Shown piece by piece: positions 27,501 through 39,938 of a stretch of 64,000 nt of DNA. Below the pieces are notes generated by a model, which saw nothing but the letters and a program-made list of their open reading frames with translations, ran no database searches and was not told where the DNA came from. Location: positions 310,001 through 374,000 of the forward strand of contig JAQGDQ010000214.1 of the NCBI GenBank assembly GCA_030141605.1. The letters run 5' to 3'. Position 1 is the stretch's first letter; every line of letters starts with the position of its first letter. The position numbers were made by a program, and so were the translations under genes. Origin of the DNA: Tubiluchus corallicola (Eukaryota; Animalia; Priapulida).

Positions 27501-30500
27501 GAATAGAGTTTGAAACATTTTCGAACTACCAGTAAAAAGTAGTCTCACAAAAATGCTGCACATTGCTCGATTTTGCTCTGCAGTAAAACCACTGATAATT
27601 TGTTTAAAAATTGTGCGCAGAAATCATCGCTAAACTGCGCTAACTGCATGATGTTTCAAACGTTTTAATGATAACGAACGTATGTGGTTGAAGCGCTGAA
27701 TTAATTTTAGGCTTGAAGCAAATTCGAACTAAAAAAAGTCCTTCGAAACTAATGGGCTGCAAATTTTTGGTATTAATGCTAGTGGCAGGACCGAAACCTG
27801 GCTCATTTTTAATGATAGCCTTCCAAGATGCGAGAAATGTCTTAGCCACGGCCACAAATGTATAACACATTAGGGGATATGCCACCCTACAGCATACAGA
27901 ATTAGTTTTGCTAGTGGTAACATATCCAATCTTAGCATGGCTGGCACTATTTAGCTTCACAGCTAATTACACTCATTGTGACCCAGTGATTATTAAGCTT
28001 CTCCTCTCATGTTTAATTAAGATAAATAAAAGCATTCGAAATACGGGTACTAAGAAAACACAAATACCTATATCTTACAAAAGTGGCAGCAATACTAACT
28101 CATCTCTGACACCATTTACATACATTTATCACATGTCTAGCTGCCAGGCTAAATAACGGTCAACAACACAATATCAACAATTCCAGTTTCCAAATTTAGT
28201 GCCAATCAACAATGTCTAATATATATGATTATAAAATAAAGAAATAAAAATATCCCCTCAACCTAACTTACTTAACGAATGATTTCCACTCAAGTGGTAC
28301 AGCCAGGAGAAACTTGATATCGTGTATGGACCACGTGACGTATTCCCTCAATTACTTTTCATTTTGGTAAACTACAAATCCTTAGTCAACACTTCTACTT
28401 AATAAAAATTAACTCCCTTGGAGACAAAATTCATAAATGAAAATCTTCCCAGTTTTGAGGTTACCTGGCGTTTGTGCACGACCACTTTCAATAATCTCAG
28501 CCGAGCGAGGATGACTAGTGAAATTAACATTGAGTGACAAGCGGCCGTGAGAGTGTGAATACGGCATCTGATGTGGAGTAGAAGGAGGCACAGGACTTGA
28601 CATCTCTTTTTTATTTAGAAAATCTGCAAAATGGAACACAAATATTTTAATAGTTTCACCTACTGAAAAGCAAATTATAAGGAGCTTCAACATACATTTA
28701 ACGAAGACACACGTTAAACAGACAACGTTGTGTAACTGAAACCTAAAAATAAAGGTAATTACAAAAATGAGTTACATCAGGCTGTGCAAGTGAAGCGTAA
28801 CAGAAAATTAAAATATCCAACAGTCAGTATTTAAAGTGTCCATAAACTCATGATTTTGAGTTGATAAATTCACAATGAAACACATAAATGAGCCAAAATT
28901 AACATATTAGTTATTATGCAACAACATAGCTGCCAAGTATGATGACTTGTTTTCAATAGTATCTCTCTTCTTCTTACATCTCAATTCTAATAATATCCCA
29001 CAGCAATCGATTAATTACCACAGATCATGTTTGCTTTGCTGTCTCCAACAGCAATAAGTTCTTTTCCTGTTTGGAGTAATAGTGAGCAATGCTCTACTGG
29101 TTTTCATTAAACTTCAGCCGAAATAAAACTAAAAAGGTGCAACAAAATAATGTGCAATGTTCCCATTAGGTGAGTATTGTTTTGAAGATTGACAGAAGAG
29201 AAGACAGCAGACTATTGACTCCAGACAGCATATTGGATACCACTCCACTAATATGTATGATGTTAAGTTTACATCACTGAATACAGACCATCAAAATTTA
29301 TCCAATAACAGGAAAAGGATGTGCCATTAAGAACAAGGTGCCTCGATATTTCCTTTATTTGCTGTATGGCAGCAAGGTATAAGTATAGGTATTAGCTGAA
29401 ATTCAAACTAAGTTGTGGAAGTTTTATAAGATGACATTTATTGAGATATCTGTGCTTACGAAAGACTATGAAACAATCTCAAAATGGCTGCGATTTTAGC
29501 AAATTATGCATTGATTCTTATTGGTGGACTAGTTTCAACTCTTTATCGATCAAATGGTAAGATGAATTATCTACTTTTTAAAATTATTTCAACAAAGTTG
29601 TTTTACAAATAATGGAACGGAAGTAAAAGCAATAAATTATTGATTACCGCTGATTTTTAGGAGAAGAACTACCAAGCTATCAATGTGATGCAGAAAAGAT
29701 TCGGGCCGGGGATGACTGGATGCGAACGATCGATACGCGCCGAAGTCCGACTGGGTACATAGAGTCTCCAAATTTTCCAAGTAATTATGTCAATGCTATG
29801 ACACCAAAAGGAATCAGGATAAAAGGGTTAGGCCACTCATCATGCACATGGCTTATAATGGGGAATCGTATAAGCTTTGATGTGGTGGATTTCCAACTTG
29901 AAACGCCAAAACAGTCTGGTACAAAGGCATTTTGTAAAGATTATTTTCAGATCGACCAAGGGCAAAGGTTCTGTGGAAGCAGCATAAACATGACTGGACT
30001 CAGCCAGTACACTGCTCCAGTGATGATCCACTTTTTCGTGGATGATTCTAAGATAGGAAGAGGTTTCCGCATAAAATATAATGGTAAGAAGCACAAGTGT
30101 TACATAAAATGACAGAAAATTCAAAGTCACTTTAAATTCAACATAAGAGTGATGGTTAGAGCAATTACAAAAACATGACTTTAACATGTACAGAAATTTT
30201 TATATTTTGCAGAAGAAAAACAGACACCTTTGACAGGTCCCACTAAAGATACATCAGTTGATGCTCTTACAGAATCTCCAGACCTGACTGAAACTCCTGT
30301 TAATGAGGCATCATCATCAGGTACGATTTACTTGTAGTTAAAGGAAAACAGGACCCAAACTCAAACTATAGGTGAAAACAATCTACTGTATAGAATATTG
30401 AAAGGGAACATACTACTTTTTTCAAGAACGACTTACGTGAAAGAGTTATTGGCAGAGAAATGTAATTTCACGTTTGTGCCACTAGTTCTTGGCCATGCAT

Positions 30501-33500
30501 GTTACCATTCACTATAGTTAGAAGGGCACTAGTATCAGTGTTTAACGTGCACAAAAACAGGTGCTGTACCTCTCAGTTCAGAGGTGTTCCGTTGTGATTC
30601 AGTGCACATGTTCTAGAGTTCATGAGTGAACAACCGGTAGATAAATTGAAAATATGATTTTAAACTCAAAATTTTCCAAATTTTTGTAAATCACGCTTAA
30701 TGTTGCACAGTAGCACCGTATTTCAACTTTCACGTGTAACAAATTTGTGGAGTGTTTGTGCTGTTGAAGATTGTATTCAGTTGTGATGTCATCACTAGTT
30801 GAGCTCGCCTGACCATTAATTAAGCTTTTAAACCTATCATTTAATTATCCGAAATGGTATGATTGATTGGTATTGATATGGTAATGATGGCACAGGGATT
30901 CAAATGATATTGATTATAGCTTTTAAAAAGTATAAGTACTTCAAAACAGGGTAGTATATGAAAAATCATCCTGTTTTCCTTTAACTCTTGGAGCAATGGC
31001 TGCATAATGTAAACTTTTCATTAGCACGTTGGTGTGTAGTTTGTTTTCAATTTGATACAAAACTGTGTTTCAAGTCTCTGTGATTTATACTAAACTGACA
31101 ATTATTGATTTTTTTAGCGGGAGCAACTGTGGCCATATTTGCTGGAGGTTTTGTTCTGGGTTGTTTGCTGCTATTTGGAATAGCTTTTCTATACAAAAGG
31201 TAAGGAAATTTTCTATTAGTTTCACCTAATCTTGTCATTAGGAATCATCTCTGTGTTATATAATATAACCTTGCTTTGATGTTTTATTAAAAATGTATAT
31301 TTAACAACATAAAAGATCATGATATTTACACCCCACAAAAATGACTGACAACACACTGCTAGCTCATTAAAAACTCGACCGTTTAGTTCCATCATTTCCT
31401 TACGAAAGCTAATAGAGACCAGTACTATCGTCACAACTCAACATTTATTAATACCATTTTCAATAGGTGTAAAAATGTGCAGATCCACAAATCCTCCACT
31501 ACAAATCCACCAGAAGCAACTTGGACAAACGCTGCTGACGCCTGTCACATATACGAAGAACTGGACAAACGAAAAACCACTTTAAGTAACTCCCGACAAA
31601 CGGGGGTTGTGTACGAAGCCGTGGACGATAATCGACCCGCTTCAACAAATGCAAAACAGAAAGGTAAAGGTGCCAATTGTGTAAATATACAAGGTCCAGC
31701 TTGTTATATGGATATGACGGGCTCAACAAAATCCAGAATGTACGGTGGATATGAAGCTGCAAAGTATAAAGAGCAAAATGGAGGCTATATTGAGATTATA
31801 AAATAAAATCAGCATCGAAGATTAATATAAATACCAAATATGCAGTGCTTAACATGCAATATTGCTCAATCACATTTTGTCTTATTGGCTTGAGAAACCC
31901 TCATGTAAAATTCTGGTGACAGTACCAAATAAGATTTGAAAAGACTTGTGATTACTTTGAATGATTTCAAGTTGAAAAGCAAACTAGGAAACTCAGTCAC
32001 TACAAAAATAAGAAATCCAGGACAACCGACTTACATAGCTAAAAGTCGTGCAACGGGAGCAACTAAGTTGTAAGTTTTGATATAACCTGATTGTTGATAT
32101 TTCTCGTTTTTTGTGTGATGTCAAATTTGTTTAGTTATGTCAAGTTTACCTGTTCGGAAATAACTCTGCAAGAAGGTTAAAAAAGTTAGTGTCAAGCGCT
32201 GGCAAGCATTCTATCCACGTCTTCAGATTTTCACAATCATAACTGCACAAATGTTAGTGCACCAATCATTAGAATCACTGATACCTACCATGACTGTGGG
32301 CTGGTTGAAGAACCGTCACTGATTTACTGTCATTAGTCCCATGGACACTTTTATCCACAGCATCTGTTGAATTTGAATGAGTGCTGTTCAAGTTTTGCAG
32401 TGAGCCTTGAGAGACGATGCCAGTCTTATGATGATTTGCGATGATCCTGTTATTTCCACCTGCAAAAAAGCATTTTCATTTTAATTATTATGTAAAATTA
32501 TAATTTTAGTAAACTTAAAATAAATGACTTTTTAGTCTTATAACGGCAACTCTGTTTATCAACTTTATTTTTTCACGCCGGTCATAAAGATAATTATATG
32601 AGCCTCACGCATACATTTTATTAAGATCTGAATATTACAACTGCAAGGTATTCCCCCGCTAACGAATTCAGGAAGCAATTAGAGGCAGTGGCAGAATGCT
32701 CAAGCTATGTGTTTAGTCTATGTAAACATAATTACATGCAGCTAAAGTTAATCTCATTAACATGGGAAAGTCAATGACCAATTTCCCAAAACTTTTTAGC
32801 AACCTTACCACGAATTTGTGCTGCATTTGGTCTCAATAGCTACTTGAAAGACTTGAGAAAAATAATAGTTTAAAGTTGTCGATAGCAAACTTACCGAGTT
32901 TATCGACTAGAACAACTGCTGTAGAAGGAAAGAAACCAGTTCGAGAGACATGGTTCTCTCCGAATACCATGCCCTTCCACTTTCCGTCTGGATTCTGCTC
33001 CAAAACCTACAAAAACGACTTGTTTATTACTCCATTCGTTACCTTGATTTACAATTGCACGCGCCAGGCTGATATGATTCCAATAACGCATGCCTCAAAT
33101 TTTAGGGTAACTCATTTGCAAAGGAATACAATCTTTGTCCTGTATTGCTATGAAACATGGGCACCTGATGAAACCAGTCTGCTAAGATATGTCACTAGCA
33201 CCACACAAAACAAAAGCGAGGAACGATAGGTTAATGCCCGAACGAGAAGCCAGAACACTTGTGTGTGATATCAGCTTGTAAATGGCCCATTATCATCACA
33301 ACAAAGTGTGAAAAAACAATTCACTTGCCGAAAATTAATTCTTTTTCACCACATAATGTCAGAAACCAAATTTCTCTGTTCAAAACATGTAAAGACGTTT
33401 TAACTCCAGAAGAGAGCGCAAGAAAAATTAACCAAACTTTTTAAGGTTTGACTGGGCTTCTAAGAAAAATGAGATTGGGGCATGACAGTTTTTACAACTG

Positions 33501-36500
33501 ATTTTTCAGATGTATTTGATTTCAAAGCCACCAGTGAAAATAGTCAACCGCGAAAAAATGTTTAGAGTAAACATCTCCATCGTTATCGATCGATTTTTTC
33601 AAGCTCATTTTTGGAAGCCAGTTTTTCCCAAACATACAAAAACAGCACAGGAAAAATTACCACTGGTAGAAAATGTTCAAGTCAAAACAAAGCAACAAAA
33701 ATTGGTAAAAAATGCAAAACAATGAACTTAAAAACAAGAAGTGAAAAGCAATGACAGTTCGTTTGTGATGGACTATACTTTTGCATCCTTACAAAACATT
33801 TATACAGCAACTCAGTAAGATCAAGTATAGAACATAATTTTTAGTAGTAACCGCGATTTAGTACCCATTATTACAACAAGGCTATTTTTCGATATAGTTT
33901 AAACCAAAATGGTGCAATGTCAATAAGATCTGCCATGTGCTTAAATGATAATACATAATTCTGATACTTCTGATAGACAATTGTGTCGAGAAAGACAGAT
34001 TTTTTATATTTAAAATATATAATATAATTAAATAATATACGGGATCGTTTCCATCCTAAGTTGAATTTTAAAAATATAAAAAATTTTAAAAATAACGAAA
34101 AACAAAAACATTATCTTGTTCACTCACGTTAACGAAACCACGAAACACTCTGAGTAATTATCTGACAGAAGCCAAAATCTTGCACAAATTTATGAAATTA
34201 AAAATTCCATAAATGTTTCACTATAAAAATGGAATAACAAGTAACGTATAGCATTTCAAATGCTGGCTAACAAAAACTCATTTCGTGACCATCACCATCG
34301 TCATCATACATCACGTACACTGAATGTGCATGGCATTTGAATCAAGATAACGTGACATGGGGCAGCGTGGTACATTACACATACACATGCCTAAGGTGTG
34401 AAAATAAACACCGTGTATTTCTAAGTGGACAGGCAGCAGCGAGGATAAATAGACAGAAATAGCAGCTGCTGTAGAGAAAATGATAAGTAACACTCGTGAG
34501 CCTGTTTCCGGTGCTGCAATATCTCTTAAGTCTGGGTACTACGCACTGCACCTGTTTGGTGACCTATCTACTCATGTATCGGAAAAAGAGCCATGATAAC
34601 TCAACCTGGGAGCTGGGGATGGCAGCTTCACTAACGGAAACAATTATCGTTTTTTTCCACCCGACGGCATTTTTGCTAGCTCTCGCAGCACGGGTTATAC
34701 ATGAACAAGCATGACTAAATGTGTAAGGTGTATATAATATGCAATGCACCATTACAACACATCTTCAGCAACGTAATAAGCGTAAAATACTATTAAATTT
34801 TATGCATAGTACACATTTTTACGTCAAACATAAAATTGTGGTGCACTATACATTGATATATCTAGAACTAGCAGATAGCTATGTACTATACATTGATATA
34901 TCCAGAACGAGCAGTTAGCTATGTGCTATATATATACATCGATATATCCAGAACGAGCAGTTAGCTATGTGCTATAAATTGACATATCCAGAACGAGCAG
35001 TTAGCTATGCACTATACATTGATATATCCAGAACGAGCAGTTAGCTATCTACTATACATTGATATATCCAGAACGAGCAGTTAGCTATCTACTATACATT
35101 GATATATCCAGAACGAGCAGTTAGCTATGTACTATACATTGACATATCCAGAACGAGCAGTTAGCTATGTACTATACATTGATATATCCAGAACGAGCAG
35201 TTAGCTATTTACTATACATTGACATATCCAGAACGAGCAGTTAGCTATGCACTATACATTGACATATCCAGAACGAGCAGTTAGCTATGTACTATACATT
35301 GACATATCCAGAATTAGCAGTTTGCTATGTGCTATACATTGATATATCTATAACTAGTAGTTAGCTAAATCAAATAGACGAATACATTAGCTAAAATTCA
35401 TATAAATACATTGTATATATGTATATACATATACGCATTCTAATACTTACAACACCTTTATTTCAAACAGTATGGGGTAAATTTTAAACGTTTGATCTAT
35501 GAATTTTAAACGGGTGAAACGTCACTTCGAATAATAATAATGACTATCACATACACAGATTAAGCCTAATTTTACCTCAAAAATTGCCCGTAATGATGCA
35601 AGCAATGTGCAAGGAACCAAAAACACATATGCTTGCAAAGCTAGAAAACTTATACCCAGCTGAATAATAAACTTCACTAAAACGCCAAACATGTCCATGT
35701 TACTAATAAAATATTCTTGCATTAATGGGTAAATTTATGCGTTTATGGTCCGCATTAAAAATCGTAATTACTGCAAAACCAACTAACCATGTCGTAATTA
35801 TTACACAAAGAAAAGTTTGAAGAATTTAGCGAACAAAGGTCACGCTGACTTAGCAGATACGTATACTTTAGTTGAAAACAAAGCCACAATTACTGATGAC
35901 TGAGAGAAAAAATTCTGAGTTTTTTTATATTGACTTTTAGAACAGTAGGAGGACAGAGATTTTGTAATAGTATATTAAAGACTCCACCACTTTTCCTACT
36001 TTCTTGTAAATGCTTGAACTTACTGTGGTGCCATACCATGCACAGTGCTTACTTAAAACTAAGTAACAGTCGCCATCTATTATTATTATTAGGAATTAAC
36101 AGAAAGTAACATATCTTTACATGTCGTTTTTAACTGCGCGATTCATAATAAATTGATCTGTATTTTATGTAAATACACAGGCAAGTCATTAAAACGGCTC
36201 TCAAGAATTTTTGACAACTAATTAACGATAATAGCGAGGCGCGCATGTGCGCAAATTTTGCTGCTAATTAAGCACCAAACGTATAAAGGTTTCCTAAACA
36301 GCTGTATGGAAATAAACCCGTTTAACATTTAACTGCATTTTGTCACTAAACTTCGCTTAAAAGCCTAAGTTTTAATTTAAGCGAATTCACAAACACAAAG
36401 CAACGTTGTAAACTAGCTACAAAATGTTTCTCTAGCAATACGCGCGCATGGGTTGAACACGCTGCAAAGTTATGCAATTTTGCTACTAATTAATCACCAA

Positions 36501-36835
36501 ACGTACCGCGGTTTCCTAAATAGCTGTATGAAAACACAAACCTTTAACTAGTAATTGTATTTTGTCAATAAACTTCGTTTAAAAGCCCAAGTTTTAATTT
36601 AAACGAATTAAAAAAAACAAAAGCAACGTCGCAAACTAGCGATAAAATGTTTTTTCTAATGTTTTGTTATAAACACCCCACAATGCACTGCAACAGAAAG
36701 AGGTGTAAAAGTAAAAACTTGTTAAAAAAAGGACACTTACTGTCACGTGATCACCTTCCCGGAATGGTAAGTACGTTGCATCGCAGATATTCGTATGATC
36801 CTGAATTGCAATAGCCTGTACTGCATCACTGGCTT
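21560..36835 (-). CDS. CASKIN: Caskin-family scaffold protein (SH3, tandem SAM domains, proline-rich region, Caskin C-terminal motif); 5' end unresolved
   Basis: Minus-strand exons: 36741-36835, 32895-33006, 32289-32459, 28465-28623, 27195-27379, 26051-26221, 25118-25228, 24871-24972, 24598-24736, 24331-24462, 23545-23732, 22373-23453, 22048-22150, 21560-21665; phases consistent (~950 codons). SH3 [14 protein letters not shown]...[19 protein letters not shown]...GFFPS; SAM1 [29 protein letters not shown]; SAM2 [27 protein letters not shown]; PPPPPPKR; [12 protein letters not shown]; tail [18 protein letters not shown]. Confidence 0.9.
27439..27750. mobile_element. hAT-like MITE family B, copy 2
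   Basis: GGTGAGCGTTCTCTACCAAAAAGCGAATTCGCATCGAACC...CTGCAGTAAAACCACT...TGTTTCAAACGTTTTAATGATAACGAAC; matches copies 1 and 3. Confidence 0.65.
29484..31806 (+). CDS. Nested antisense gene: single-CUB-domain type I transmembrane receptor-like protein with a tyrosine-motif cytoplasmic tail, about 341 aa
   Basis: Exons 29484-29556 (signal peptide [25 protein letters not shown]), 29661-30083 (CUB: YQC...[12 protein letters not shown]...SCTWLI...[11 protein letters not shown]...CKDYFQI...RFCGS...[20 protein letters not shown]), 30213-30320 (S/T/P stalk), 31118-31199 ([28 protein letters not shown]), 31467-31806 (tail). All introns are GT-AG, total 1026 nt in frame; AATAAA overlaps the stop. Confidence 0.85.
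30342..30980. mobile_element. Non-autonomous TTAA-target DNA transposon (Kolobok-like)
   Basis: TTAA|AGGAAAACAGGA ... TCCTGTTTTCCT|TTAA, filling most of intron 3 of the nested CUB gene. A related end (AGAGAAAACAGGATGATTTTT...CTACC) lies at about 11781. Confidence 0.75.
34845..35367. repeat. Minisatellite, about 13 copies of a 40-bp unit
   Basis: Unit ACTATACATTGA(T/C)ATATCCAGAACGAGCAGTTAGCTATGT repeated head-to-tail; the outer copies are more diverged. Confidence 0.95.
36232..36658. repeat. Diverged tandem duplication, two units of about 200-225 bp
   Basis: AATTTTGCT(G/A)CTAATTAA..CACCAAACGTA..GGTTTCCTAAA..AGCTGTATG..TTTTGTCA..TAAACTTCG..AAAGCAACGT..AAACTAGC occurs twice in tandem. Confidence 0.8.
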
Positions 36836-36961
36836 CTAAAATTAAAAAACACTTTATCAAACTAACTTTATATTTAAAATTACACTGTAAAATGAGCATC
36901 CCACCGCCGATAAGGGTGAAAACGGAGGGCAAAATGAAGCTTAGCTACAGCCCGCCACAGT

Positions 36962-38453
36962 TTGAAATTTCTGCACAACAACATATCGTGTGGAGTGCCA
37001 CAAGGCTCTAATTTAGGACCTCTTCTATTCTTAATTTATATTAACGATCTTCCCACATGCAGCAACTTTCAAACCCGAATATTTGCCGATGACACTAATT
37101 TGTTCATGTCTGACTCCAATATAAATAATCTGCAAAAATCTGTTAATGACGAAATGAAAAAAATAGACCTGTGGATGAGGGCAAACCAGCTATCAATTAA
37201 CTACAAAAAAACCAAATTTATGATAATCAACAATAAGCAAATTAACAATGCTAATAATCCAAAATTTCATATTATAATAAACAAACACAAAATTGAAGAA
37301 ACAGACAACATCAAATACTTGGGCCTACTCATTGATAATAAATTAACATGGGAACCACATATAAAATACATAACATACAAATTAAGTCGAATTACTGGAA
37401 TAATTTTAAAAGTAAGGCACTACGTTGACCAATATATTCTGAAACTTCTATATAATTCGTTAGTTTTCCCTTATTTACAATATTCCATCTTAACATGGGG
37501 TACAGCTTTTGCATCAACTCAAAAATTAATACAGACACAACAAAACAAAATAGTAAAATTAATAACTTTTGCTCGCAAATATGATCATGCTACACCATCG
37601 TTCGTAAAATTAAAAATTTTAAAAGTAAGAGATATTTACAATCTTGAGTTGTTCAAATTTATGTATAAATTCAATGCTGGTTTATTACCCGAACTTTTTA
37701 GAGAATATTTCACTAATGTTTCTGATATACATTCCTACTCCACAAGAGCTGCTTCTAATGAACAGTATTTTGTGGAGAGATTTTTTACCCGACATGGTTT
37801 CAATAGCTTAAAATCACGAGGAGTTAAATTATGGAACTCGTTGCCAAAAGATACCTTTGGCGGTAGCTTATTTTCTGCTTCCAAAAAATACACAAAATTC
37901 TTACTAAATGAATATACCTGTAATACATAACTTGTAAGACTAATAAGCAAGCTATCAAGTGTGTTTTTTTCTTCTCATCTCCTAAGTAATTGTTGCTCTT
38001 TCTTATACTTACTTTTTCTCTTAAATTTTCTATATTACACTTTTTTTTGATACTTATTTTATCTCTATATACAGTCAAAATCCCCTGTCAATAAGGCCCC
38101 TATATGAAAATATATATAATAATCATAATTACTTGTATTGTTTTGTTTAGATTTTGGTGTCATCTAACTTTATTATTTTTTGTTTTCACTTATACTGTTT
38201 TCATTTATACTTTGTTTTCATTTATACTGTTTATTATTATTATTTCTTTTCCTATTTGATTTTGTTATCCGCAGTCTCACCATTTACTTTTAATATACTA
38301 ATTTAATTATTAGACAGGGCAGGAGACTAGATGACCCTATGGTCCTTCCCTGCCCTGCTCCACTACTATAATTAAGTAATAACTAAAAAAACTTGTCATG
38401 TCAAACAAATGGAGAAAATAAATGTTCTATGTCTATGTCTATGTCTATGTCTA
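36962..38453 (+). mobile_element. 5'-truncated non-LTR retrotransposon (CR1/L2-group LINE): C-terminal part of the RT ORF, 3' UTR and (CTATGT)n tail
   Basis: ORF 36962-37930 carries GVPQGSNLGPLLFLIYINDL, FADDTNL, KYLGLLIDNKLTW and GVKLWNSLP. It is followed by a T-rich 3' UTR, a GGGCAGG...CCTGCCC hairpin (~38317-38356), AATAAA and a (ctatgt)n tail. Confidence 0.92.
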
Positions 38454-38559
38454 ATGATGTAAAAAACGGAAAAAACTCCGAAATGCCTTGTTTTCATTAT
38501 TCGGACTTTCATTTCATACACTGTCAAATGGACACGGCTGAGAATTATCGTACTGTAGA

Positions 38560-38893
38560 TAGGGGTGAGCATTCTCTATCAGAAAACGAATTCGAATCGA
38601 ATCAATTTTTGACTTTCGAACTCGAATTCAGTTTTTAAAGATTTTCTATTAAATTTTCGAATCATAAATAAAAGCGATCTCGCAAAATCCGTGGGCACTG
38701 CTTGATTTTGTTTTGCAGTAAAAAAATTGTGCACAGAAATCACGCTAAATTGTGCACGATGTTTCTAACGTTTCAATGGTAATGAACATGTGTAGTTGAA
38801 GTCTAGAATTATTCGAATACATAATTTCAGGTTCGAACGGAATTCGAATAAAACATTCATTCGAATCTAATTCAAAAACTCGATGCTTACCCC
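38560..38893. mobile_element. hAT-like MITE family B, copy 3 (best preserved)
   Basis: TIR TAGGGGTGAGCAT ... ATGCTTACCCCA with ATTCGAAT subterminal motifs. Confidence 0.7.
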
Positions 38894-39764
38894 AAACTGA
38901 AAAACGAATTTTAGTCACGCAGACACAGTCTCACGGAATTCAAAATTTATATACAATCACGGGTAAATAACTACTGTAACAGTAACTAACATCCAGTTAT
39001 CAACACAATGAAAAACGTGAGTTTCACATAATGTTAGCAAAAACATTACTGCAGAAGTCAGTACAAGTTGACTTAAGTCCCTTTCACTCGGTTTTCAAAC
39101 GCACAAAATAAGCAAATATAAGGTGTCAATTTTCTTCCAACTTGAAAATCTTCAAGCCACTTATTCAAGGAATCAAACCATCATCAAAATACGTGAGTGA
39201 CGAGTGACTTTACTATCAAGAGCGCCTCTATGACCCACACACACTCCAAGCAGTAGTATCACCAGCCTTCAAGTTCATCCCGCCCACAGCGTGTTAGAAA
39301 TAACATAATTTGTGGAAGCATGGCACAGCTATAGAGTTTGTGGCTGGCACTCTATCAGATTGCATTACTGATGATGCTTAGCTTGGAAATGTCTGTGTAA
39401 TAACAGCTTGAGCACTGACAGCTTCAAGTGAGAAGAAAATAATCAAACGAAAAGTGGCGGGAAAATGTGTACAGGAAAACCAGTTAATGTTTTTTTGGAT
39501 AAAATCTAGAGCCCACACTCAATGTACTCGAAAGTAAAAGTTTATTATTGCGGAGACTAAAGACCAGCAGCTTACTAAGAAGAATTAGCGAAAAAACGCA
39601 TCAAAGCACAAAATTTTATAAACGAAAACTAACAACTATAATTGTTTTCTCCTAGCCAACTAAAGGGAGTCCAACGAGTTTAAAAGTTATGTACAGACTA
39701 TATAATAAATTTATGTTAGAAGCTCTCCAAATTACAAGAGACAATATAGTAGGATCTACAGTCG

Positions 39765-39938
39765 AATCCAGGCAAAAACATCACAGGGTAAAACAGTCAC
39801 TGGTAAAAAAAGTCACAGGAAAAATGCACAGGAAACTCTAAGAGCCTAACCCAAGCAAAACTAATTTACTTTTTTCCTGTGACGTTTTTCTAACCAATAT
39901 TGTTACTTTTTCCTGTGACTTTATTACTGTTCACCTGC
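39765..39938. mobile_element. Palindromic non-autonomous element, family C (AAAAGTCACAGG arms around a CCTAACCC core)
   Basis: Multiple AAAGTCACAGG(A) motifs mirrored by TTTCCTGTGAC. A second copy at 63270-63458 has a CTAACCCTAACC core. Confidence 0.6.

Noticed and set aside
34845-35367. CRISPR-like array
   Set aside because: Units are contiguous with no unique spacers, the context is eukaryotic and there are no cas genes; it is a minisatellite.
39576-39601. ATG-to-GTAAGC segment as a Caskin first exon
   Set aside because: It is phase 2, incompatible with the phase-1 SH3 exon.
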